Source: Escherichia phage RB16. From it: a DNA stretch of 64,000 bases. Within the stretch, counting starts at the first letter, position 1. Each line of letters starts with the position of its first letter. The notes under the pieces were generated by a model. It was not told where the DNA came from. It worked only from the letters and a program-made list of their open reading frames with translations, and did no database searches. Where the stretch lies: the sequence record NC_014467.1. One strand, 5' to 3'. Both the position numbers and the translations under genes were made by a program. Shown in pieces: positions 18,553 to 27,033 of the stretch.

Positions 18553-19122
18553 ATGCGCTTTTTAAAATACGCAAGCTGGCTTGTACTGGTTCCACTGGAT
18601 ATTCTTTCTGGTGTTCTGGCTATTCTGCTGGCTCCTTTCGTGGTTCCGTTCTATAGTGAAGAAACCGGACACTTACCTAAAGGGTTCCGTTGGATGGAAA
18701 CATTCGATAACCCGATCGATGGTGATGGTGGACATATCCGGCGTTGGGCTAACATCCGGTATCACTTAGGCGCTCTGGGTGTGTATACGCAACGTGTAGG
18801 CTGGTTGTGGCGTAACAAGGCGTACAACTTCGCTTATCACGTCTTAGGGCGTGAAGCACAATCAGACTTCGCCTGGAAGGGCAACCCGAAAACAGAAGGT
18901 GGTTCCGATCCATCACGTCACGGTTATCTGTTGATGTGGAATGATTCGGCATGGGGGCTTTATGTCTTCAAACCGTGGCTTAAAGTCGGAAAGGTTCAGT
19001 TCTGCTTACGCGTGTATTGCGGGTGGAAACTGAAACAGGAAGTAACTGACCCGAACGGGCTGGATCGTGCAATGCTGGCGTTCCATATCAACCCGTTGCG
19101 TTATTATGTCGTAGAAAGGTAA
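18553..19122 (+). CDS. membrane-anchored hypothetical protein (189 aa)
   Basis: N-terminal transmembrane helix ([25 protein letters not shown]). Confidence 0.5.
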   Translation: MRFLKYASWLVLVPLDILSGVLAILLAPFVVPFYSEETGHLPKGFRWMETFDNPIDGDGGHIRRWANIRYHLGALGVYTQRVGWLWRNKAYNFAYHVLGREAQSDFAWKGNPKTEGGSDPSRHGYLLMWNDSAWGLYVFKPWLKVGKVQFCLRVYCGWKLKQEVTDPNGLDRAMLAFHINPLRYYVVER

Positions 19123-19126
19123 TACA

Positions 19127-19489
19127 ATGAAAGCATATCAGATTTTAGAAGGTTTACACACTGGCACAATCTACATGGAAGAAGGTAATGATGTTCGTGT
19201 GGTGGTATCCAAAACCCTCGAAATGGATTCAGTGATCGGTAAAGCTCGCGTTGCTCCATTCGCAAAACGTGAAGTCGATATTGAATTTCAACCCACTGTT
19301 AAAGTGGAAGGTGGACAACACTTAAACGTAAACGTGTTGCGCCGCGAAACTCTGGAAGATGCTGTGAAGCATCCAGAAAAATACCCACAGTTAACGATCC
19401 GTGTGTCCGGCTATGCAGTGCGTTTCAATTCACTGACTCCTGAACAACAGCGCGACGTTATCGCCCGAACCTTTACAGAGAGTCTATAA
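19127..19489 (+). CDS. autonomous glycyl radical cofactor (GrcA/YfiD-like; T4 Y06I-type)
   Basis: C-terminal ~60 aa match the E. coli GrcA/PflB glycyl-radical domain as recalled ([61 protein letters not shown]). Confidence 0.85.
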   Translation: MKAYQILEGLHTGTIYMEEGNDVRVVVSKTLEMDSVIGKARVAPFAKREVDIEFQPTVKVEGGQHLNVNVLRRETLEDAVKHPEKYPQLTIRVSGYAVRFNSLTPEQQRDVIARTFTESL

Positions 19490-19770
19490 TGGCGATTGAA
19501 GACGTACAGGGCTATAAGCCCCATTCAAAAGAAAAGATCGACAAAGTAAACCGCATCAAGGCCGCTGAAATTGCCCTGGGCGAAATCTTCAAAGAACTGG
19601 ATGAAGAGTATTCAAGCGATTACGCGGTATCAGATACCGATTCATTCACCACAGAAGAACTCGATGCGATGCTTGAACGTGTCCATCAAATCCAACTGGC
19701 GAAAGACCGACTGAAAGAAGCCTCTATGTGGGCGTGTCGTGCGGTGTTCCAGCCAGAAGAAAAGTATTAA
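19489..19770 (+). CDS. hypothetical acidic protein (93 aa)
   Basis: ORF track. Confidence 0.45.
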   Translation: MAIEDVQGYKPHSKEKIDKVNRIKAAEIALGEIFKELDEEYSSDYAVSDTDSFTTEELDAMLERVHQIQLAKDRLKEASMWACRAVFQPEEKY

Positions 19771-19820
19771 AATCCAGCCGTTGCCGAAAGGTAGCGGCTT
19801 TTTTCGTTTTTATGCAAAAT

Positions 19821-19856
19821 AATGCTTGCACTGAATCAGGCTTTCTTGTATCTTTA
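19821..19856 (+). promoter_or_regulatory. candidate promoter (MotA-box-like aaTGCTTgc / TTGCAC-17-TATCTT)
   Basis: Read directly upstream of 19896 ORF; weak -10. Confidence 0.3.
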
Positions 19857-19895
19857 ACCACGTAGGCAAGACAACTTAACTTTGAGGATGACATT

Positions 19896-20189
19896 ATGAA
19901 AACTTACAACATGAAAGACCTGGTTTGCTTCAAAACTCGCCGTGAAGCCCGTGCGTATGTTTTGGCGGCTGGTAAGAATACCTCTGCTGTAATCGACCTG
20001 GGTACTGATAAAGAGGTTGGTGCTCGTTGGGCTGCTGTTGTGGTTATCGCTGCTCCTGTGACTCCTGTTAAAACTCTGGTTCTGGGTGCGCGTAAAGCCG
20101 AAACTCTGAAAACCAGCACTTGCGGGGCGGGTGGTGTTCATAATGTTACGGTCATTCGAAAAAGATCTTTTAATCGAGTCGGTGTATGA
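19896..20189 (+). CDS. hypothetical protein (97 aa)
   Basis: ORF with GAGGA RBS. Confidence 0.4.
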   Translation: MKTYNMKDLVCFKTRREARAYVLAAGKNTSAVIDLGTDKEVGARWAAVVVIAAPVTPVKTLVLGARKAETLKTSTCGAGGVHNVTVIRKRSFNRVGV

Positions 20190-20279
20190 AGGTATACGGG
20201 GAAAACAGAAAGAACAATCTCCGAAGAGATTGATGTAATCAATGAATTTCTATGTAGACCATACGTTAAGAGAGTTATT

Positions 20280-20720
20280 ATGAATATTGGTAGTGGTGAT
20301 TCATACCCATCATGCGCATTGAGCAACTTCGCCCCGCATCCGTTTACGTTTGACGGGGTAGAATGTGCATCAATGGAGGGCTTTTTACAAAGTCTGAAAT
20401 TCAGCAATCCAGATATGCAAGCGCATGTGTGTACGCTGGTTGGTAAAGCCGCCAAGTTCAAAGGCAAGAAAAAGAAATGGTATCGCGATCAGACCCTATA
20501 CTGGAAGGGTATGCCGATTCACCGTGAATCAGAAGCATATCAAATTCTGATTGAAAACGCATATAATGCGTTATTCCTTAATGAAGGGTTTCGCCGTGCG
20601 CTGGCAGCAACCGGAAAAAGTACCTTGACACATTCAATGGGAAAGAATAAGATGAATGAAACGGTACTCACTGAACGTGAGTTTGTCCGAAATTTAACCC
20701 GATTGAGAGATCTGTTATGA
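20280..20720 (+). CDS. NADAR-domain (YbiA/DUF1768-like) protein
   Basis: LSNFAPHPFTFDGVECASMEGFLQSLKF resembles the NADAR core of E. coli YbiA (FSNFAAWPIKVDGKTWPTSEHYFQAQKF). Confidence 0.7.
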   Translation: MNIGSGDSYPSCALSNFAPHPFTFDGVECASMEGFLQSLKFSNPDMQAHVCTLVGKAAKFKGKKKKWYRDQTLYWKGMPIHRESEAYQILIENAYNALFLNEGFRRALAATGKSTLTHSMGKNKMNETVLTEREFVRNLTRLRDLL

Positions 20721-20995
20721 TAGGTTATAAAGATTATGATGAAAGAGTAGAATGCGCGTTCCTGTTCAAAGGCGCGATTAACCCGTTGGCATTACTCCAC
20801 GCACAGGGCGCTTTGAGTTCTACCCTGATTATGGGTGTTATCTACAAAGCGGGTGTGTATTACGTCACCATCGGCGCGAACAACATTAACGTGATCAACA
20901 GCTACGTTGAAAAATGTAAGCTGAAAGATATCGTGTTCGATAAAGTCGAAATGGATGTTCCTGGCTTCGACGCTGTTTATATGTACAAGGGTTGA
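20717..20995 (+). CDS. hypothetical protein (92 aa)
   Basis: ORF track. Confidence 0.4.
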   Translation: MIGYKDYDERVECAFLFKGAINPLALLHAQGALSSTLIMGVIYKAGVYYVTIGANNINVINSYVEKCKLKDIVFDKVEMDVPGFDAVYMYKG

Positions 20996-21219
20996 TGATG
21001 GGTTACGTGGTTTATTTCGATTGTTCGGATCTTGATCCGTTCGTTCTGCAACAGGCAAAGAAATATCATCAAGATATCACTGGTATCAGTGTCACGAACG
21101 ATGATATGCTGTGTATCGAATTTGATTATTATCGTACATTTGAGCGTGACAAATTCCTTGCGGATATTGAAGCGTTTAAGAGTACCCTTTTCTTTGATCG
21201 TTATGAGGTTAAATCTTGA
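20992..21219 (+). CDS. hypothetical protein (75 aa)
   Basis: ORF track. Confidence 0.4.
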   Translation: MMMGYVVYFDCSDLDPFVLQQAKKYHQDITGISVTNDDMLCIEFDYYRTFERDKFLADIEAFKSTLFFDRYEVKS

Positions 21220-21821
21220 AACCAGTTATTCTTACCGACATTGACGGGATCGCCGTAAAATGGCAGTCGGGGTTGCCGTTCTTTTTGTCTAAACACAACA
21301 TGCCGACCGATATCGCGCTGGATATGGTTACGGATGAAAAGTTCCGCGATATGACCGAAATCTTCGGGTGTGATCACCAACTGGCGAAAATTCTCATGGA
21401 AGAATACAACAACAGTTCGTTTATTCGCTATCTAAGCGCGTATGACGATGCGTTGATTGTGATCAACCGTCTGAAAGCAAAGTATGATTTCGTGGCTGTC
21501 ACGGCGCTGGGAACTACTCCTACGGCAAGCCTGAACCGTATTGCGAACCTGAACACGCTGTTCCCTTCTGCATTCAAAGAGGTTTGTGTTGTCGGTCACG
21601 GCGAAACGAAAGTACATCGTTACCTGGAAGCCAAAGCAAAATATGGCGATCGTTTAGTATGTTTCATTGATGACCTTGCAGTAAACTTGAATGAGTGTCA
21701 TAACGTCATCAGTCAGTTGCCGTTATTCCATATGTTGCGTGGCGAACGTAGTGAACCGAGTGTACCTCATACTAAAGTGAATAACTGGCATGAAATTGAA
21801 AAAGCAATTGAGAACTCTTGA
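21216..21821 (+). CDS. HAD-superfamily hydrolase (possible 5'-nucleotidase)
   Basis: N-terminal DxDG motif (ILTDIDGIAV) and later FIDD motif. Confidence 0.5.
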   Translation: MKPVILTDIDGIAVKWQSGLPFFLSKHNMPTDIALDMVTDEKFRDMTEIFGCDHQLAKILMEEYNNSSFIRYLSAYDDALIVINRLKAKYDFVAVTALGTTPTASLNRIANLNTLFPSAFKEVCVVGHGETKVHRYLEAKAKYGDRLVCFIDDLAVNLNECHNVISQLPLFHMLRGERSEPSVPHTKVNNWHEIEKAIENS

Positions 21822-22341
21822 TGAAGAAACGCAAGGTATAGAAAACCTACTACAATGTATTCGAGTAGAACCAGAAACCGGAAAATGTTTCTGGTTGGAA
21901 AAGAGAAGTAATAAAATTCCTGCTGGAAGTGAAGCAGGTTCTTTTCATAAATCAAGTGGATATACGCGAATAAAATTCGAAAATGCGATGTACATCCGGT
22001 CAAGGGTGATATTTTATTACGTTAATGGTTATCTTCCAGTGATGGTTGACCATGTTCACGGTGTTGAATGCGGTGATATGATTTCTAATCTAAGGGAGTC
22101 CAATCAGGTAACAAATCAACAAAACCGCACACGGAATAAAAATAATACCGTTGGGTTTAAGGGCGTGTCATTCAACAAGAAATCGCAAAAATATAGCGCC
22201 AAAATCACTTTACATGGAGTGACTAAGTGGTTAGGATTTTATGATTCTGCCGAGGAAGCAAGTGAAGCATATAAGGCCAAAGCACTCGTTTCCTTTACAC
22301 ATAATGAAAGGTACTTAAATGATCTTACAGATTCTGAATGA
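21790..22341 (+). CDS. HNH-AP2 homing endonuclease (paralog 4)
   Basis: HNH motif (VDHVHGVECGDMISNL...NQQN) + AP2-like domain (FKGVSFNKKSQKYSAKI). Confidence 0.8.
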   Translation: MKLKKQLRTLDEETQGIENLLQCIRVEPETGKCFWLEKRSNKIPAGSEAGSFHKSSGYTRIKFENAMYIRSRVIFYYVNGYLPVMVDHVHGVECGDMISNLRESNQVTNQQNRTRNKNNTVGFKGVSFNKKSQKYSAKITLHGVTKWLGFYDSAEEASEAYKAKALVSFTHNERYLNDLTDSE

Positions 22342-23842
22342 ACTTGCTTCGACTCTGAAAACATCAGAGAAAGAAGCGATCCTTAAACGTAATGCAGGTA
22401 ATGACCTGCTGAAAGAGATTTTCCGCATTACGTACACGAAACAGATTATGTTTCACATCAAGAAGTTCCCGCAGGTTGACGGGAAGCCAGGCACAACACC
22501 GCTATCGAATGCTATCGCGGATTTAATGTCTGATCTGGCAACGCGGAAGTATACAGGCAATGCAGCCCGTGATCGTCTTCTGGATATCGTTTCATCGGTA
22601 AACGAAAACGACCGCGAAGTGTTACGCCGTATCATTAATCGCGATCTGGAATGTGGTGCTGGTACAACGTTACCGAACCGAGTATGGAAGAAACTCATTC
22701 CAGAACAGCCCCAGTGCCTCGCTACGCCGTTCAGTGAGAAAGCCTTAAAACGTATTCGCTTCCCTGCTTACTCTCAGCTTAAAGCCGATGGTGCGCGTTG
22801 TATGTCCGATCTGTTAGAAGACAAGATCCGCAAAGCATCCCGCGCGGGGAATGAGTATGAAGGTTTATTGAATCTGGACAAGGGTCTGAAAAAGATTCGT
22901 GAATATCTGGGTTATGATGTTGTACTTGATGGAGAACTGATTTATGTCCCTGCTGAAAAAACTGCTGTCGTTCCTTCAAACAGCGTTCCATTTAGTCTTG
23001 CTGGGTTTATGGGCGATGACGACGATTCTGTTTCTGACCTTGTGGCAGATGTTAGGCGGGAAGCTACCGAGAACGAGACACAAGCGGAAGCGAAACGCGA
23101 AGAGGGCAACGGGATTGTAAACAAATCCCTGAAAGGTACTATCAGCGACGAAGAACAGCGCAATATCGTTTATGTTGTCTGGGATATCGTACCGTATGAA
23201 GTATACTATGGTGATGCTCCGAGTGTTCAGCCATATTGCGATCGTTTCTCTATTCTGGAAGGTGCGCTGGCTGGCTCTGGTGTAACGTCAGTTAAGCTGA
23301 TCCCTTCTATCCTGGTGCAGAACTACGCGGAAGCGAAAAAGGATTACAACAATTACCGAAATGAAGGTAAAGAGGGTTCAATCCTGAAAAACGTTGATTT
23401 CAAATGGAAAGATTCACGCGTTGCGGATCAGGTGAAGTTGAAGAACAAAACCCCGATTGAACTGCGAATCATCGACGTGTACGAACACACCAAAGAAGCT
23501 CATAAGGTCGGAGGGTTCGTGGTTGAGGACTTATCAGGAGAAGCCAGAACAAACACAGGTTCCGGTCTGACTGATACGGACTACCGATACGATGAAGACG
23601 GTATTAACCGCGTGTACATCCCGTTAGAAGAACGTGGTGAACTGGATCGCGAATACATCATGGCGAACAAAGATGACTATATCGGCGCTATCGTCGAAAT
23701 GGAAGTTGACGGACTCCAGAAGTCTAAAACGCGTAAGAAGGGCGAACCTGAGTTCAGTTTCTTCTTGCCAATCATCAAGAAGATCCGACGCGATAAGACC
23801 GAACCGGATGATATTCACGTTATCTTCGCTGATCTGTTTTAA
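22319..23842 (+). CDS. 30: ATP-dependent DNA ligase gp30
   Basis: Aligns by eye to T4 ligase N-terminus (MILQILNELA...), active-site KADGARC, LRRIINRDLECGAG; 507 aa. Confidence 0.9.
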   Translation: MILQILNELASTLKTSEKEAILKRNAGNDLLKEIFRITYTKQIMFHIKKFPQVDGKPGTTPLSNAIADLMSDLATRKYTGNAARDRLLDIVSSVNENDREVLRRIINRDLECGAGTTLPNRVWKKLIPEQPQCLATPFSEKALKRIRFPAYSQLKADGARCMSDLLEDKIRKASRAGNEYEGLLNLDKGLKKIREYLGYDVVLDGELIYVPAEKTAVVPSNSVPFSLAGFMGDDDDSVSDLVADVRREATENETQAEAKREEGNGIVNKSLKGTISDEEQRNIVYVVWDIVPYEVYYGDAPSVQPYCDRFSILEGALAGSGVTSVKLIPSILVQNYAEAKKDYNNYRNEGKEGSILKNVDFKWKDSRVADQVKLKNKTPIELRIIDVYEHTKEAHKVGGFVVEDLSGEARTNTGSGLTDTDYRYDEDGINRVYIPLEERGELDREYIMANKDDYIGAIVEMEVDGLQKSKTRKKGEPEFSFFLPIIKKIRRDKTEPDDIHVIFADLF

Positions 23843-23858
23843 ATAGCACTTTTTGCTA

Positions 23859-23933
23859 AAAAGCCCCTTGCATGAGTAAGGGGCTTTTGTTATATTACAA
23901 ACATCGAAACGAAACAGACAAAAGGAACATCCC
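23859..23933 (+). promoter_or_regulatory. promoter/stem-loop cassette (PeSL-like): hairpin AGCCCCTTGCATGAGTAAGGGGCT with -35 TTGCAT, 17-bp spacer, -10 TATATT, leader CATCGAAACGAAACAG
   Basis: Read directly; same architecture recurs at least 6 more times. Confidence 0.6.
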
Positions 23934-24206
23934 ATGCAAATCACTAAAGAACTCGAAGGCAAAGTAATCGTTCTGGTAAATGAAGACCGTTTGGCACAAC
24001 TGGGTAACGGTGGTGAAAAACTGCCAGCGGACGCACTCGAAAGCCTTTCTAAAATGCGCGTGATGCGTGTTACTGACGGTTGGGTTACTTGTCTGCCTCT
24101 GAACGACGAAGACAAAGCCGTATACGATGCACAAGCGGATTCATGGGATATCGAAGTACCTCTGGTAAACATCGAAGTTGAAGAGTGCTACGAAATCGAA
24201 AAATAA
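23934..24206 (+). CDS. hypothetical acidic protein (90 aa)
   Basis: ORF downstream of promoter cassette. Confidence 0.45.
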   Translation: MQITKELEGKVIVLVNEDRLAQLGNGGEKLPADALESLSKMRVMRVTDGWVTCLPLNDEDKAVYDAQADSWDIEVPLVNIEVEECYEIEK

Positions 24207-24267
24207 TGCTTGCTTCCTGGGTAATGTAGTGGTACATTACCCATATCGAAACGAAAGGAGAAACATC
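24205..24267 (+). promoter_or_regulatory. promoter/stem-loop cassette variant (TTGCTT-17-TACATT with hairpin GGGTAATGTA...TACATTACCC and CGAAACGAAAGGAG leader)
   Basis: Read directly. Confidence 0.45.
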
Positions 24268-24447
24268 ATGAAAATTATGCACACTGCAAATCAACTTCAA
24301 AACGGCAACTACGCTATCCACGATGCTATCGGTGCGCTGGTTGGGGTTTATCTTCATGGTATCAAACTCCTTGAAGTAAGTGGGAATACCTTTTATGGTG
24401 TTGAAAACATCGAAGCAGCGATGGAAATTATCGGTGACCTGAAATGA
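24268..24447 (+). CDS. hypothetical protein (~59 aa)
   Basis: Start after AGGAGA RBS; ORF-track N-terminal extension overlaps the hairpin. Confidence 0.4.
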   Translation: MKIMHTANQLQNGNYAIHDAIGALVGVYLHGIKLLEVSGNTFYGVENIEAAMEIIGDLK

Positions 24448-24635
24448 GTAAGAAACTCGAAATATTCGAAACTATCAGCGAAGACCCTAATCATCGCTGG
24501 TGCTGTGCGAAAACTGGTTTTGATGCTGCATGGGGTGATACTCCAGAACAGGCGCGTAAAAACTGGGAACACCAACAATTGTTTTTTGCCTGTCGGGTTC
24601 CTACCAATTATGAGGGGAGTCAATTGTTAGCATGA
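24444..24635 (+). CDS. hypothetical protein (63 aa)
   Basis: ORF track, 4-nt overlap chain. Confidence 0.4.
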   Translation: MSKKLEIFETISEDPNHRWCCAKTGFDAAWGDTPEQARKNWEHQQLFFACRVPTNYEGSQLLA

Positions 24636-24928
24636 AAAATAAAGAATATGACCCAATAGAAGTTAAAGAGCGGTTATCGGTAGCAAGAAGATTCCTTGAA
24701 TCTATCGACCCTGATAAACTTGGAAAATGCCCTGATACGATTTGCCTTAATTGTGGGCGATCCGTAATGGTTGGAAAGTGCTGTGATAATCAGAATATCG
24801 TTATCATGGACAGGAAAGAAGTTTCACCGGAAGTGTGGGATCGGATTCAAGAGATCATCAAAAACCCACCTGAACCGACGAAACGTTTACGCGAACTTAT
24901 GAGCAGGAAACCACGTTATGAAAAATGA
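24632..24928 (+). CDS. hypothetical Cys-containing protein (98 aa)
   Basis: ORF track; CPDTICLNCG...CC motif. Confidence 0.45.
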   Translation: MKNKEYDPIEVKERLSVARRFLESIDPDKLGKCPDTICLNCGRSVMVGKCCDNQNIVIMDRKEVSPEVWDRIQEIIKNPPEPTKRLRELMSRKPRYEK

Positions 24929-25292
24929 ACCAAGTAAGACTGTGCGCCTTATCCGTTGGGAAGGCAACGAACTCCGTTATGAAGACGGCGACCGCGAATT
25001 CGTCCATGAAATGCTTGCGCATAATCTGGGATTCAAAAACGCCGCACTGGTGATGATGCAACAAACCAGCGATGAAGACACCTGGCAATGCGTCATTCTC
25101 GATCTGGACAAAAACAAGGAATACACCGAAGATGAACTGTTTGCGCTCACAGAGAACGCTACAGCGCGTCAGAAGTGCTTCATGATCGATATGCCTCGCG
25201 AGAACTACGAGAATATCAAGAAAGCCCGTAAACAGAACAAGAACAACGTGTTCGACCTGTTCATGGGCTATCATGAAGAAACTACGGCCTAA
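24918..25292 (+). CDS. hypothetical protein (124 aa)
   Basis: ORF track. Confidence 0.45.
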   Translation: MKNEPSKTVRLIRWEGNELRYEDGDREFVHEMLAHNLGFKNAALVMMQQTSDEDTWQCVILDLDKNKEYTEDELFALTENATARQKCFMIDMPRENYENIKKARKQNKNNVFDLFMGYHEETTA

Positions 25293-26392
25293 GCCTCACT
25301 TGTTTTGCTGGTGTCGTTAGTAGCCGCTGCCACCTGTACACATTCCAATGTTTGCAGGTGGAAATCTTTTGATACGTCGCGGACACATTCAACGATCAGA
25401 TACTTCCCTGAATATTCATCCCCTAACACCTCAATCAATGCCCCCACTTTAACATCCATTCGACCCTGATTGATATCAAACTTAATCCTTTTCTCATAGC
25501 TGGATAACAGTTGACACTTCACTGCCTGGAACGGTTGCCCCTGTTTGTCTGGGTTCTGGAAGTTGTTCTCATATACCGCGTTCCGGTTCATGGTGATCCA
25601 TGCGTTTTCAATATCGGTACTCGCCAGGATATCACTATACAGCTTTTTATCCGTCATTGAGAAACTAAAGAAACTTGCATCCACTAACAGGGTAGTGTTA
25701 TCCTTATGCGTAATGTATTCCGCTTTAGTGAATACCAAAGTGTCACCTAAAAACGGGTTACTAACGTTGAACTTGTAAGCCTTTATCGGGGTTTGTGCGA
25801 GGATCTCCGTATTGCTTTTCATAAAGATACCGGAACCATCTTCCCACAGATAACAGAAGTCAGACGAGTCTACGCTCTGCCCGTTGTCACGGATGTAATC
25901 AAACACGGTTTCATACGTCCCGCTTAGGCAAGCCGGAGGAATACGCACGTTTGATGCGTCGATCGGCGGCGTGATTAACTTCATATCATTATACAGTGCC
26001 GTCATACACTCTGTAATCGTCTGCACGGCGTTGTTACTGAACGAACGGGAAAACTTACGACGAAACACCGTATGCACCGGAGAAAGGTTTAGGCGCAGTA
26101 TAGAACGGTTCATATCATCGGTTTCGACGTTTGAGTACAGAACACCGTAGTAATGTTGTTCTAACGTCTGATTATACTGGAAGGATACCTGAATAATCGG
26201 TTTCTCTGTCAACTGATAGATTAACTGGTTATCATAGATCTGCATCAATGTTTCAGAAGTACCGTTAATGATGGTTTTCTCACTCATTGAGACAAGGGCA
26301 GGTAACAATTCAAGATAGACGTTATCAGCGAACTTTTCATATGTTGGATATAATTTAACCGACACGACGCGGTTTATAACTTTACTGGACAT
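25289..26392 (-). CDS. 27: baseplate hub subunit gp27-like
   Basis: 367 aa; patchy similarity by eye to recalled T4 gp27 segments; divergent from gp28-29 cluster. Confidence 0.6.
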   Translation of the reverse strand: MSSKVINRVVSVKLYPTYEKFADNVYLELLPALVSMSEKTIINGTSETLMQIYDNQLIYQLTEKPIIQVSFQYNQTLEQHYYGVLYSNVETDDMNRSILRLNLSPVHTVFRRKFSRSFSNNAVQTITECMTALYNDMKLITPPIDASNVRIPPACLSGTYETVFDYIRDNGQSVDSSDFCYLWEDGSGIFMKSNTEILAQTPIKAYKFNVSNPFLGDTLVFTKAEYITHKDNTTLLVDASFFSFSMTDKKLYSDILASTDIENAWITMNRNAVYENNFQNPDKQGQPFQAVKCQLLSSYEKRIKFDINQGRMDVKVGALIEVLGDEYSGKYLIVECVRDVSKDFHLQTLECVQVAAATNDTSKTSEA

Positions 26393-26454
26393 TAGACATC
26401 CTCCCTTTATATTCTATTTACTAAATAGTAAATATCGGGATACTTGAGGCGATC
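26393..26454. promoter_or_regulatory. AT-rich divergent late-promoter-like region (TATAAAG on minus, TAAATA on plus; palindromic TATTTACTAAATAGTAAATA)
   Basis: Read directly between divergently oriented baseplate genes. Confidence 0.4.
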
Positions 26455-27033
26455 ATGAAAGAGAAGAAAAACACACTTGATAAATTTATGGTTACGCGTT
26501 TAAACATCAAGAACAGCAAAAATAAAGTAGTCACGTTGCCTACTGGTGAACAGGTTACGATCCCCCGTCTGGGCTATCGTCATTTCACCCAGATTAAAGC
26601 AATGAAAGACCCAATGCAGTTGCTTGAGTATATCATCAAAGAGATTCAACCGCGCGAATTAACCGCAGCAGAAACCGAATTCCTTTTGATTCACCTGCAT
26701 TATCATAATGACGATAAAGCAATGGCGATATTGAAAGAGATCGGCATTAATCTGGATGATATGAAAATCAGCGAAGCTAAGTATGAACATACTTTTGATA
26801 ACCTTCGATTGGTATTCAACAAACCGACCCTAATGCTGGATGATCTGGCATTACTGCTTAAAGAAGCGTATGACAACGGAAAGCCGATCGAACTGACGGA
26901 CGAAACCCGTATTCAATTAATTAACTGCCTGTATCGTTATGAATATGACGATGTAAAACGTGGTGTACTCCAGGAAGTTTATATTGTGCATGAGGGGAAA
27001 ACCATCAAAGGGCTTAACATCATCGGTGAATGA
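26455..27033 (+). CDS. baseplate hub protein, gp28-like (by size and position)
   Basis: 192 aa ORF preceding gp29-like gene. Confidence 0.45.
   Translation: MKEKKNTLDKFMVTRLNIKNSKNKVVTLPTGEQVTIPRLGYRHFTQIKAMKDPMQLLEYIIKEIQPRELTAAETEFLLIHLHYHNDDKAMAILKEIGINLDDMKISEAKYEHTFDNLRLVFNKPTLMLDDLALLLKEAYDNGKPIELTDETRIQLINCLYRYEYDDVKRGVLQEVYIVHEGKTIKGLNIIGE

Noticed and set aside
19896-20189. T4-style internal-protein capsid-targeting sequence (ORF begins MKTY)
   Set aside because: Only the first four residues match the T4 MKTYQEFIAE consensus and no downstream cleavage-site motif is evident; likely coincidence.
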